A stretch of DNA of 63,462 nt, filler included, from an uncultured bacterium (GTDB lineage: Bacteria; CAYJOG01), in NCBI GenBank assembly GCA_964371695.1. It is 10 parts of 10 records of this genome, joined end to end, with 100 filler letters (N's around TTAATTAATTAA, not from the genome) between each part and the next. Parts side by side here need not be neighbours in the genome. Positions count along the whole stretch, not along the records: positions 32,192 to 38,407 come from CAYJOG010000184.1; positions 38,508 to 44,695 come from CAYJOG010000185.1; 8 more parts are not named here. One strand, given 5' to 3'. Under the pieces are notes generated by a model that saw nothing but the letters and a program-made list of their open reading frames with translations, did no database searches and was not told the DNA's origin. This document shows, piece after piece, positions 32,392-41,688 of this stretch. The number at the start of each line of letters is the position of its first letter. The first letter of the stretch is position 1. The position numbers and the translations under genes were made by a program.

Positions 32392-33425
32392 GTGTGCAGC
32401 ACCTCGGCGGGGCTGACGGTGGCGGTGCCCAGCTTGGCCACGGCCACGGCGGCGGCGCGGTTGGCCAGCTCCAGCATTTGGGCGTGGCTCAGGCGCAGGG
32501 GTTTTTCCAGTGCGAGGCCCAGGGCCAGGCACGCATGCACCGTGTCGCCCGCGCCGGATACGTCGTAGACCTCTCGCGCCAGAGCGCCCTGGTGGGTGAT
32601 GTCCCCGCTGGGCGCACACCACAGCAGGCCATCGCCCCCCAGGGTGATCACCAGTTGTTCGGGGCGGAACTGGCGAAAGATTTTTTTGGCCATGGCCCCG
32701 GCCTGCAACACGCGCTCTGCCTGTGTGGGCGCGCCATAGGGCAGGTTGGTCATGGCGGCGGCTTCTTTGATGTTGGGGCTGAGCAGCGTGGCCCCCCTGA
32801 ACAGCGGCATGTTCACGGGTTTCGGGTCCACCAGTACCGGCAGGCCCAGTTCGCGGGCGCGGTTAAGCAGGTGCGCCGCCGTGGAGGTGTTCAGCACCCC
32901 CTTGGCGTAATCACTCACCACCACGGCGTCGGCGTTTGCCAGGGCCTTGTCCAAGGCCTGGCGCAGGTGGCGGTTTTCAGCGGCGGAAAGGGGCGTATTG
33001 CTTTCTTCGTCCAGTCGCAGCACCTGCTGGGTCATGGAGACGAGGCGGGTTTTGACGGTGGTGGGCCGGGGCGCAGAATGCACCAGGGCGTGGCCGTCGC
33101 CCCCCACTTTTTTCATGGCCGCCGCCAGTTCTTCACCGGCCTGATCCTGACCCACCAGCCCCACCAGCACCGCCTGCGCCCCCAGTGTGCGCAGGTTGTG
33201 CCAAGTGTTGGCCGCGCCCCCCAGGCGGTGTTCGTCGCGGTGGCTTTTGCGCAGGAACACGGGCACGGGGGCCTCGGGAGAAATGCGCGGAATGTCGCCG
33301 TACCAGAAACGGTCGAGCATCACGTCGCCCACCACCACCACGCGCACGTCGCCAAAGGCTTTCAGTGTGCGGCGCGCCCAGGCGGGGGCGTCATTTTTTG
33401 CGGTAATAGAACGTGTTTTCGGCAT
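32382..33425 (-). CDS. rfaE1: Heptose-7-phosphate kinase (RfaE domain I)
   Basis: [37 protein letters not shown]; start uncertain. Confidence 0.92.
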   Translation of the reverse strand: MPKTRSITAKNDAPAWARRTLKAFGDVRVVVVGDVMLDRFWYGDIPRISPEAPVPVFLRKSHRDEHRLGGAANTWHNLRTLGAQAVLVGLVGQDQAGEELAAAMKKVGGDGHALVHSAPRPTTVKTRLVSMTQQVLRLDEESNTPLSAAENRHLRQALDKALANADAVVVSDYAKGVLNTSTAAHLLNRARELGLPVLVDPKPVNMPLFRGATLLSPNIKEAAAMTNLPYGAPTQAERVLQAGAMAKKIFRQFRPEQLVITLGGDGLLWCAPSGDITHQGALAREVYDVSGAGDTVHACLALGLALEKPLRLSHAQMLELANRAAAVAVAKLGTATVSPAEVLHTWA

Positions 33426-34212
33426 ACACCGTCTCGAATAGGTTTTCCATGTCAAACACCATTTCGGTGTGGCCCAGAAAAAGGCCGCCCCCCCTGGGCA
33501 TGGCCCCGTGGAACTTGGTGATGATATCGTCCCTGGTGCTGCCCTTGAAGTAGATGAGCACGTTGCGGCAAAACACAAAGTCATATTGCTCAAACACCAC
33601 GGCGTCTATCAGGTTGGAGTATTCAAACTGGATGGGGGCTTTCACGCGGTCATTCAGGCGGAACTTGCGGCCCTCTCGCTCGAAATACTTTTCCAGATAA
33701 AACGGCGGGGTTTTGTGGATGCTGCGTTCGTTATACAGCGCCTCGCTCGCCAGACTCAGCACGCGGGTGCTGATGTCGGTGGCGTCGATGCGGATGTCCC
33801 AGAGTTCGGGAAACGGCAGGTGCTCCAACAGCACCATGCTCAGGGTATAAGGCTCCTCGCCGGTGCTGCACCCGGCGCTCCAGATGCGCAGGGTTTTTTC
33901 GCCGGTCTGTTCCTTGCGGGCCACGGTTTCGGGCAGGGCCAGTCGGGCAAAGGCCTGAATCTGCGGATAGTTGCGAAAGAAATAAGTCTCGTTGGTGGTG
34001 AGCAGATTGATGAGCTGTTCCAGTTCGTGGCGGTTGTCGTCGTTGTTCACGAAACGGGTGAAGTATTCCCGCAGGCTGTCGGCCTTCACGGCGCGCACGC
34101 GCTCCATCACCTTGGTCTGGAACAGCGGCAGCTTGCTGGTGTTGAACCACAGGCCCGACAGCTCGTAGACCATGTCCCGGTAAATCAGCAGCTCTGAAAG
34201 CTCAGGGTTCAT
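33391..34212 (-). CDS. cheR: CheR-type protein-glutamate methyltransferase
   Basis: TTNETYFFR, IWSAGCSTGEEPY, FCRNVLIYF, LFLGHTE. Confidence 0.95.
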   Translation of the reverse strand: MNPELSELLIYRDMVYELSGLWFNTSKLPLFQTKVMERVRAVKADSLREYFTRFVNNDDNRHELEQLINLLTTNETYFFRNYPQIQAFARLALPETVARKEQTGEKTLRIWSAGCSTGEEPYTLSMVLLEHLPFPELWDIRIDATDISTRVLSLASEALYNERSIHKTPPFYLEKYFEREGRKFRLNDRVKAPIQFEYSNLIDAVVFEQYDFVFCRNVLIYFKGSTRDDIITKFHGAMPRGGGLFLGHTEMVFDMENLFETVYAENTFYYRKK

Positions 34213-34580
34213 GCCGGCGTGGTGAAAATCTCCGCCAGGGCCTGCCGGAGTTTTTCCGGTTCAAAGGGTTTACGCAGGTATTCATCGGCCCCGGCGCGGC
34301 GGCCCCACAATTCGTCGGTCTCGCTGGTTTTGGCGGTGAGCATGATGATGGGCACGGACTTGAGCACCGGGTCGTTCTTCACCAGACGACACACCTGAAA
34401 ACCGTTCATGCGGGGCATGTCAATGTCCAGCACCATGGCGTCAAAGGGTTCGCGCTTGAGGGTGTTGATGGCCTCTACGCCGTCGTTGGCGGTGATCACG
34501 TCATAACCTTCGGCGGACAACATGCCGCTGACGCCTTCGCGGATCACCAGACTGTCGTCCACCACCAGAATGCGTCTCAT
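34209..34580 (-). CDS. Single-domain response regulator
   Basis: ILVVDDS, LDIDMPRMNG, MLTAK, KPF. Confidence 0.92.
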   Translation of the reverse strand: MRRILVVDDSLVIREGVSGMLSAEGYDVITANDGVEAINTLKREPFDAMVLDIDMPRMNGFQVCRLVKNDPVLKSVPIIMLTAKTSETDELWGRRAGADEYLRKPFEPEKLRQALAEIFTTPA

Positions 34581-36124
34581 GGTGTGCCTCCTGCCGCCGG
34601 TTTGCCCAGGTCGGTCCACTGGGTGGTGCGGTTGCGGCCATGCTGTTTGCTGTAATAAAGGGCTTCGTCGGCCTGGGCCAGCAGGTCCAGGCGGCTGGTG
34701 GTGGCGGGGTGGGGCGTGCCCATCATGCCCACGCTCACCGTGACTTTCAGCGGGTCGGGGTTGCCCACATAAAAACGATGCGACTCCACGTTGCGGCGAA
34801 TGCGCTCGGCCACGATGTGGGCGTTTTCCATGTCGGTCTGGGGCAGCATCACCACAAACTCCTCGCCCCCATAGCGCGCCACAAAGTCAATGTCCCGCAC
34901 CGTTTTGCGCAGGATTTTGGAGACGTTCTGCAACACTTCGTCTCCGGCGGGGTGGCCGTGGTTGTCGTTGATTTTCTTGAAATGATCGATGTCGAGCATG
35001 ATGACGGTGAGGTGGTGGTTGTAACGCTTGGCGCGCTGGAACTCCTTGTCGAACTCCTCCTGAAAATGCCGGTGGTTGAACAGGTTGGTGAGGCCGTCGC
35101 GGATGGCCTGGTTGCGCATCTGGTCGTTGTGTACGGCCAGTTCCACCACGGCGAATGCCTGGGCCATCAGGCGGTCTACCAGGGCGGTTTCTTCTTCGGT
35201 GAAGGCGTCGGGTTTGTCTGCCGCCAGGGCGAACATCAGGCGAATAAGGTTGCCCGACCCCCCCTGCACCGAAAACAGCGTGTGTACGTCGTGTTCGTGC
35301 TGGGTGCTGCGCCAGGGCGCGCCCGATTCGTTCAGCAAAATGATTTCGCTGGTGCGCACGGGGGCGGTGGTGTCGGCAGGTTCGCCGGTGTCTTCTCCCA
35401 GCAGGGGTTCTTCCATCACTTCCAGACATTTTTCGCGCACCGACAGGGCGAACTTCTTGGTCACGCTCTGGTGCAGGTGCAGATAAAGCTTGCTCTCATG
35501 GGGGCGGGTGACCACCATGGCCGCCGCCGCAGGCTGGGTGAAGGAAGACACCAGCCGCAGAATGCCCTCCACCGTGCTTTTCAGGTCGCGTCCCTCGCGG
35601 CTGATCTGCCCCAGTTGCTGGAACATCGTGGTCTCCAGCAGTTTCTTTTCATACAGCTCCGCCGCCAGCACCAGGGGATCCTGGCCAATGAGTTTGCGGC
35701 GGGCTTCTTCTACGGCGGGGGAGCGGGTGCCCCCTTCGCCAAAGGCGCGGGCCAGCATGGCCTCTACCACCCGGCGCAGTTCTTCGGGTTGAAAGGGTTT
35801 GGTGAGGTATTCGTCCGCCCCGCTTTGCTCGCCCCAGAAACGGTCCACACTGCTGCCCCGGGCCGTGAGCATGACCACGGGAATCACTCTTAAGCCGGGG
35901 TGCTCCTTGATGAACCGGCACACCTGCAGGCCCCGCATGATGGGCATGTCGATGTCCAGAATCATCAGGTCCACCGGGTGGGAGAGGGCGTGTTTCAGAG
36001 CGTCCAGGCCGTTTTCGGTGATGGTGAGGTCCAGGTTCTGGCCCTCCAGGGTTTCCTTCAGCACCGAGCGCACGGTGGGGCTGTCCTCGGCGATCAGCAC
36101 CTGGGGGCGAAGCGCGCCGCTCAT
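34577..36124 (-). CDS. REC-(GAF-like)-GGDEF diguanylate cyclase
   Basis: N-terminal REC; DIDHFKKIND, RDID I-site, RYGGEEF. Confidence 0.93.
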   Translation of the reverse strand: MSGALRPQVLIAEDSPTVRSVLKETLEGQNLDLTITENGLDALKHALSHPVDLMILDIDMPIMRGLQVCRFIKEHPGLRVIPVVMLTARGSSVDRFWGEQSGADEYLTKPFQPEELRRVVEAMLARAFGEGGTRSPAVEEARRKLIGQDPLVLAAELYEKKLLETTMFQQLGQISREGRDLKSTVEGILRLVSSFTQPAAAAMVVTRPHESKLYLHLHQSVTKKFALSVREKCLEVMEEPLLGEDTGEPADTTAPVRTSEIILLNESGAPWRSTQHEHDVHTLFSVQGGSGNLIRLMFALAADKPDAFTEEETALVDRLMAQAFAVVELAVHNDQMRNQAIRDGLTNLFNHRHFQEEFDKEFQRAKRYNHHLTVIMLDIDHFKKINDNHGHPAGDEVLQNVSKILRKTVRDIDFVARYGGEEFVVMLPQTDMENAHIVAERIRRNVESHRFYVGNPDPLKVTVSVGMMGTPHPATTSRLDLLAQADEALYYSKQHGRNRTTQWTDLGKPAAGGTP

Positions 36125-36564
36125 TTGTGGGCCACTCTTTCCACGGCCTGACCCGCCAGGGTCGCCAGCACCGGCGCCACGCGCCCCGGCTGGGACACGC
36201 GGGGCACGGTGAGGTAACTGAGGGCGCTGCCGATGGCCAGACCCCGCACCACACCCAGGGCGGCCCCCGCCACGTGGTCATATTTTTTGAGGCCTGCTAG
36301 GCGGGCTGCGGCAAAAGCCAGACGGCTCACCAGATAAACCCCCAGAAAAAGCCCCACGCCATACACCAGATAATTCAACCCCATGGCCAGCACCGCCGGA
36401 TTTTTGCCGCCCAGCAGGGGAAAAGCACGGGCCAGGATGCCCCCGCCATAAACCGCCGCCACCAGGGCCAGCACGGTGGCCAAGCTTTTGAGCGCGCCCC
36501 GAAAAGCGTCATAAGCCAGACTGGCGGCCAAAACCCCTATCAACACAATGTCCATGGTGTTCAT
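36121..36564 (-). CDS. CvpA family membrane protein
   Basis: MDIVLIG...FRGALK; DHVAGAALGVVRG. Confidence 0.75.
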   Translation of the reverse strand: MNTMDIVLIGVLAASLAYDAFRGALKSLATVLALVAAVYGGGILARAFPLLGGKNPAVLAMGLNYLVYGVGLFLGVYLVSRLAFAAARLAGLKKYDHVAGAALGVVRGLAIGSALSYLTVPRVSQPGRVAPVLATLAGQAVERVAHK

Positions 36565-36707
36565 CTGATTGTCCGGGGTGGGGCGGCCCCACCTGCCCAC
36601 CGGCTGGGATTGGGAAAGTGTAATGGTAAGTCAGGCGGGCGGCCATGGTCCAGTACTCCGGCGGGTAAAGGCCGGTCGGTGGTGTCAAATTGCCCTCTCT
36701 CTGAGGG

Positions 36708-36814
36708 CATAGTGGTTAACCTCACGGAGTAGCGGCGGTGTCCCCACCGCCGTAAAAGGCAAAAACCTTCGATTCCCTTGAAGTTTTTGCGCGGTGCGGA
36801 CACCGCGCCTACTC
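36708..36814. repeat. GTAG-type REP doublet (family B)
   Basis: GGAGTAGCGGCGGTGTCCCCACCGCCG ... GCGGTGCGGACACCGCGCCTACTCC. Confidence 0.85.
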
Positions 36815-36867
36815 CAAAAAATGGATGAAAAATCAGGCGCTTTTCCCTGAAATCAACAGTTGTGGTA

Positions 36868-37446
36868 TTACGGCCTCGCCACGACTTCCAGCGGGTCGCC
36901 CCGCTCCAGCAGAAAATAACTGGGGGTGGGGGCCTGAAACAGCCCCAGGTCCAGATAACTCATGCCCAGCAGGCGGCTCACGTCATCTTTTTCCAGCGCC
37001 ACCAAGGGGTCCCGCAGGGCCGTGAGCGGCGACAGGGCCGGGTTGCCGCCTTCGCCATAGTTGATCATCAGGCCGTGCCGGGCCTTGAGCGGCATGGCGT
37101 GGCCCTCGGCGGTCTCCACGCGGTAAAACCCATAAGCCACGGGTTTTCCGTGTTCGGTGAGGTCTTCCCAGGGTTCGTCCAGGCCGTTCTGTTTCACCTT
37201 CACGTTCCAGCCCCTGAGCCAGCCGGTGGCCGGGTCGCGGTGAAACACCTTCTTGAACTTCTTCCAGGTGAGTTGCTCTACCCAGTGGGGCAGGCCCAGG
37301 CTGATGCCGTTGTATTGGGTGTTGTCCAGTTTATTGGGGTCGATGGGGTGGCCGTTTTCCATCAGGCGCTTGAGCTGTTTCACGTCCAGGCCCAGCAAAA
37401 TTTCGCGGGTCACGGCAGTGGTGTTTTTAGAACGGCTGGTTTTCAT
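36868..37446 (-). CDS. Hypothetical protein
   Basis: 192-aa ORF with AGGAG RBS; WKKFKKVF, GWNV, LRDPLV, SYFLL look like conserved motifs. Confidence 0.7.
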   Translation of the reverse strand: MKTSRSKNTTAVTREILLGLDVKQLKRLMENGHPIDPNKLDNTQYNGISLGLPHWVEQLTWKKFKKVFHRDPATGWLRGWNVKVKQNGLDEPWEDLTEHGKPVAYGFYRVETAEGHAMPLKARHGLMINYGEGGNPALSPLTALRDPLVALEKDDVSRLLGMSYLDLGLFQAPTPSYFLLERGDPLEVVARP

Positions 37447-37562
37447 GAAAAAACTCCTTGGGAAGCCTTGTTGCGCCCGCCCCGTGGGCCACCTTAAACC
37501 ATGTCTGCTGCAAAACCGAAATAACCTGGGTGCAAAGGTTATTCCATTGCCGGGTTTTTGAA

Positions 37563-37742
37563 TTGGTTCGTCGGTTGCGTCCGTGCAACCTTACGAACAA
37601 CGCCGCACGGCTCAGCCCAACCCCAAAAAACATGTTCATTGGGCATGGCTTTGGGATTCATAGCAAGCCTCCCACAAGCACCCACCGTGCTGAACCGGCG
37701 GCGGAAACGGCCATCCATGGCCTTGGGCCGTGGATGCTGCCA
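37563..37742 (+). repeat. Palindromic repeat family A
   Basis: Ends match 4965-5150; central spacer unrelated. Confidence 0.85.
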
Positions 37743-37869
37743 AAATCGCATGGATAATGTTTTCTCCGTTTGGAAACGGTATAACATGCAATGACTTTTA
37801 CGTCATTTTTCACCAATTAACCGCGCTTTCATGAGGGCTTTTCAGCCTCAAGGCGCACAGGAGCAACCC

Positions 37870-38407
37870 ATGGCTTTTGGCTCGAACGTGGTGGACGGCT
37901 TTTTGAAAAACCACTTGGTGCGCTCTTTTTTGCAGGGGCGGGGCATTGATGATCAGATCCTGAACCTGCTGGGGGCCAACGCCACCGTGGGCCAGCCCAC
38001 CGAGGTGATGTTTCCCATGGATCTGTTGCCCATCACCCTGCGGCTGCTGGGCATGGGACTGCTGAACTTTCAGGTGGCGAACACCCACCGGGACTGGGTG
38101 TGGCCCTGGTTTCTCACCCGGCAACTGGACCCCGACGACGAAGGTTATGCCGTGCGGGGCCACAGCCCCATGTACCTGAACATGCACTACCGCAACTGGA
38201 CAGGCATTGGTGTTTTTGGCCACCCCGACGAAGCCATTGTGGACCCCGCCGGTTTGCTCACGCCCCGGCTCTATGGCTGGTCGCTGGACGTGTGGGTGAA
38301 AACCCCTGCCGGGCGCTGGGTGTTTCCGTCGCGCTGTTACAAAACAGAGGCGGAAAAACCCCGGCAGGTTTTGCAGGACAGCCTGCCTATCGTCATCACC
38401 ACCACGC
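37870..38407 (+). CDS. Hypothetical protein, possibly N-terminus of a glycoside-hydrolase-like protein, truncated
   Basis: AGGAG RBS; DWVWPW, RNWTGIG, IVDPAGLLTP, WSLDVW. Confidence 0.55.
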
Positions 38408-38507
38408 NNNNNNNNNNNNNNNNNNNNNNNNNNNNNNNNNNNNNNNNNNNNTTAATTAATTAANNNNNNNNNNNNNNNNNNNNNNNNNNNNNNNNNNNNN
38501 NNNNNNN

Positions 38508-39159
38508 GCCCAAGCCCCTGTTCGACAACGCCGGCAGCGAATTCCCCACCTTCAACATGAACGTGCCCGACAAATACCGGGCCGATCAGTTCATCCGCGA
38601 GTTCACGGCGAAGTACCTGAACGAAAAAAAACCACTGCCCCGTTTTCTGAACCTGTACCTGCCCAACGACCACGGCTCCGGGCCGAACGAGGCCGAGGGA
38701 TATCCCGACCGCGCCAGCTACATGGCCGACAACGATCTGGCCTTGGGGCGGGTGATTGCCTTTTTGTCCCGCACGCCTTTCTGGAAGAACATGCTCATCA
38801 TGGTGACCGAAGACGACGCCCAGGGCGGCGTGGACCACGTGGACGCCCACCGCAGCGTGCTGATGATGATCGGGCCCCATGTCAAAAGGGGATATGTTTC
38901 GCACCGGCACACCAGCATCGCCAGCATCATCAAAACCGCCAACCTGGCGCTGGGTCTGCCCCCCCTCAATCAATACGACGCCACCGCCTCGCCCCTCACG
39001 GATTTTCTGACGGACAAACCAGACTTTCGCCCCTACACCGCCGTGCCGGTGGACAAAAGGTTGTTCGACCCCGAAAAAGCGCGGATTGCGCCCAGTTCCC
39101 GCCCCAATGTGCCGCTGGACAACTGGGAGTACATCGAAAAGGAACACCAGGGGAATTGA
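38508..39159 (+). CDS. Phosphoesterase/alkaline-phosphatase-like C-terminal domain, 5' truncated
   Basis: LPNDHG, ADNDLALG, EDDAQGGVDHVDAHRS, LGLPPLNQYD. Confidence 0.8.
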
Positions 39160-39160
39160 T

Positions 39161-40597
39161 TTACCCCGCCGGGGGTTTGGGTGTGGTAGCCGGTTCAAAA
39201 CCCTGGCGGATCATTTTTCCCCAGCCCTTGTAACCCCGCAGGTGATTGACCAAACCCCGGATGCGCCAATAAACCGTCATCTGGCGAAAGCCGAATTGCT
39301 CCACCAGCGACATGAACATGAGCCAGAACACCTGCCGTAGGCGGGGATAACGCTGAAAAGAGGCTTCCTCCAGAAAAATGGCGAACATGGACAGACCCGC
39401 TCCCAGCCCCCAGGCGGCCATCAAAAACAGCACCGCCACCAGCCAGTGAATCCAGCCCATCCAGAGTCCCACCGTGAAACCCACATAACCGAACATCTCC
39501 ACCAGCGGGGCCATCAGCTCAATCAGAACGATATAAGGAAACCCCACCAGCCCCGCCATGCCATAGCGGGGGTTGAAAAACATGACCTTGTGTTTGAGCA
39601 CCGTCTGGAACAGGCCCCGGTGCCAGCGGTCGCGCTGGCGTCCAAGTTGGCGCAGTGTGGCGGGGGCTTCTGTCCAGGCCACCGGGTCAGGCACAAAGTC
39701 CACGCGATAGGGCATTTTCTGCTCGCGGGCATAGCGGTGCAGGCGCACCACCACTTCCATGTCTTCACCCACCGTGCCGTGGGCATACCCCCCAGCCGCC
39801 ACCATCACCTTGCGGTCAAACAGGCCAAACGCGCCGGAGATGACCATGTTGCCTCCCAGGCGGTTCAGTCCCAGGCGGCCAAACATGAAGGCCCGCAGGT
39901 ATTCCACCACCTGAATGGCCACCAGGGGGCGGGCCACCAAGCCGGGTTTCACCACCCGGCCTTCCTTCACCACGCTGCCATTGGCGATGCGAATGGTGCC
40001 CCCCACGGCGATGACGTGGGATTTGGTCATGTAGGGGCGCACCATTTTCAGCAGGGCGTCCGGCTCAATCAGCGTGTCGCCGTCCAGACAGCACACCAGC
40101 GGGGTGCGGGCCAGACAAAGCCCGGCGTTGAGCGCGTCGGCCTTGCCGCCGTTTTCTTTGTCCAGCACGGTGAGGAAGGGGTGCGTTGCGCTTTGGTAAA
40201 GACCCCGCACCTCGGCAAAGGGCAACTGGCGGCGCACCACCGGCGGCATCTCAAAAAGGTCAAAAGCATCCTTGAGCACCTGCAGGGTGTTGTCCTGGCT
40301 GCCGTCGTTGATGACGATGACCTCCAGGGTGGGATATTTCAGGTTCAGCATGGCCTCTACGGCGTTGCGGATGGTGGCTTCTTCGTTGAAGGCGGGCACC
40401 ACCATGGTGACGCCGGGCAACACGCGGGTGTGATAAAGCCGTTTGTTGTCGGCGTCGCTGGTGAAGAACACCACCTCCCACAGCTCTGGCAGCGACAGCA
40501 GCAGCAGCGTGGTATAAAAACCGTTTACCAGCAAAAAATAGGCGAGGAAGAAATGGTCCAGAGCCACCACCGTAACCCGCAGCCATTCCAGGTTCAT
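39161..40597 (-). CDS. Processive GT2 glycosyltransferase (PgaC/IcaA-like)
   Basis: VPAFNEE, INDGSQD, GGKADALN, DGD, GEDME, QRDRW; N- and C-terminal TMs. Confidence 0.92.
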   Translation of the reverse strand: MNLEWLRVTVVALDHFFLAYFLLVNGFYTTLLLLSLPELWEVVFFTSDADNKRLYHTRVLPGVTMVVPAFNEEATIRNAVEAMLNLKYPTLEVIVINDGSQDNTLQVLKDAFDLFEMPPVVRRQLPFAEVRGLYQSATHPFLTVLDKENGGKADALNAGLCLARTPLVCCLDGDTLIEPDALLKMVRPYMTKSHVIAVGGTIRIANGSVVKEGRVVKPGLVARPLVAIQVVEYLRAFMFGRLGLNRLGGNMVISGAFGLFDRKVMVAAGGYAHGTVGEDMEVVVRLHRYAREQKMPYRVDFVPDPVAWTEAPATLRQLGRQRDRWHRGLFQTVLKHKVMFFNPRYGMAGLVGFPYIVLIELMAPLVEMFGYVGFTVGLWMGWIHWLVAVLFLMAAWGLGAGLSMFAIFLEEASFQRYPRLRQVFWLMFMSLVEQFGFRQMTVYWRIRGLVNHLRGYKGWGKMIRQGFEPATTPKPPAG

Positions 40598-41685
40598 GGC
40601 CGCACCCGGTTCACGGCGCGGGGTGAGAGCGACATCACCAGATTCACCATTTGCCGCACAAATTTATCGTCGTGTTCGGCCATGGCCTGCAGGGCGGCTT
40701 CTCCGGCGGGCCCCAGTCGGCGCATGGCCACGGCGCAGTGCAGGCGGACCTCAAAAGACCGGTCAGGCAGGCCCATGGCCAGCGCGTCCAGAGATTCTTC
40801 CGCCGCCAGTTCACCCAAGGCCCAGGCGCTGCACACCCGCACCTCCGGGTCTTCGTGCGAGAGTGTGCCGGTCAGTGTGTCCAGCACATGGGGGTGGGCA
40901 AAACTGCCCAGGGCCACGGCGGCGGCGGCCCCCACTTCACCCCCCTGACCCACCAGTTCACACAGCGGTTTCATCAGTTTCGGGTCGGGCAGATTCTGGG
41001 CCACGCCCACCGCCAGCCGCCGGGCCTGCATGGCCGGGTTGTGGATGATGCAGCCCTTCAGGGGGGGCACCGAAGGAGGCCCGATGCGCACCAGGGCTTC
41101 CTGAATCGCCATCCACTGGGCGGCGGGGGCCAGGGCCAGGCGGCCCACCTAATCTCTGGCCACCGCGTGGGTGGGGCAGGCAAAGGTGTGGTTGAGCGCA
41201 ATGATGCGCACGAGGGGGTGGGGGTCGCGGAAAAGCTGCAACAGCCATATCTCGCGCTGGGGCGGCTCGGCCAGAACAAGCAGGCGCACCGCCGCCAGAC
41301 GTTTTTGCCAGAAGTCCGAATCCACCGCCCGGTGCAGCCGCCGCGCCACGCCCGCCTCTATGAACACCTGCCGCAGCCGGTCGTGTTCCTGGCCCCCCAG
41401 CACCTGTATGAACGACTCAAACAACAGGCTCTGCTCGGTGAACGACAACTGCCGCAGGGAATGGGTGAGTCCGTGGACGGGTTTTTCCTGCGCCAGATGG
41501 CGCTTGAGAAAACCGGCGGCGGTGTTCACCTTGGCCAGGCGGCGTTTTTTGCCGGTGAGCCGCCACAGGCGGAACCCCACAATCAGCAGCAGCAGGGCGC
41601 TGAGCACCATGAAATCCAGCACCAGCAGATAGGTGATGACCTTGAAACCCAGGCTGTCGGTGAGCGCATCCAGATTGGTGGGCAT
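40594..41685 (-). pseudogene. TM + HEAT-repeat protein interrupted by one in-frame TAG (41149-41151)
   Basis: ORFs 41149-41685 and 40594-41148 are adjacent and in frame; HEAT motifs on both sides (DPHPLVRIIA, EDPEVRVCSAWALG). Confidence 0.75.
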
Positions 41686-41688
41686 GGC

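Noticed and set aside
33391-33425. Programmed frameshift fusing CheR to RfaE1 at AAAAAATGA
   Set aside because: An in-frame ATG at 33425 explains the overlap; no stimulatory signal evident.
41149-41151. Genome-wide TAG recoding
   Set aside because: csrA, cimA, purE and the fumarase beta subunit end at TAG at plausible lengths.
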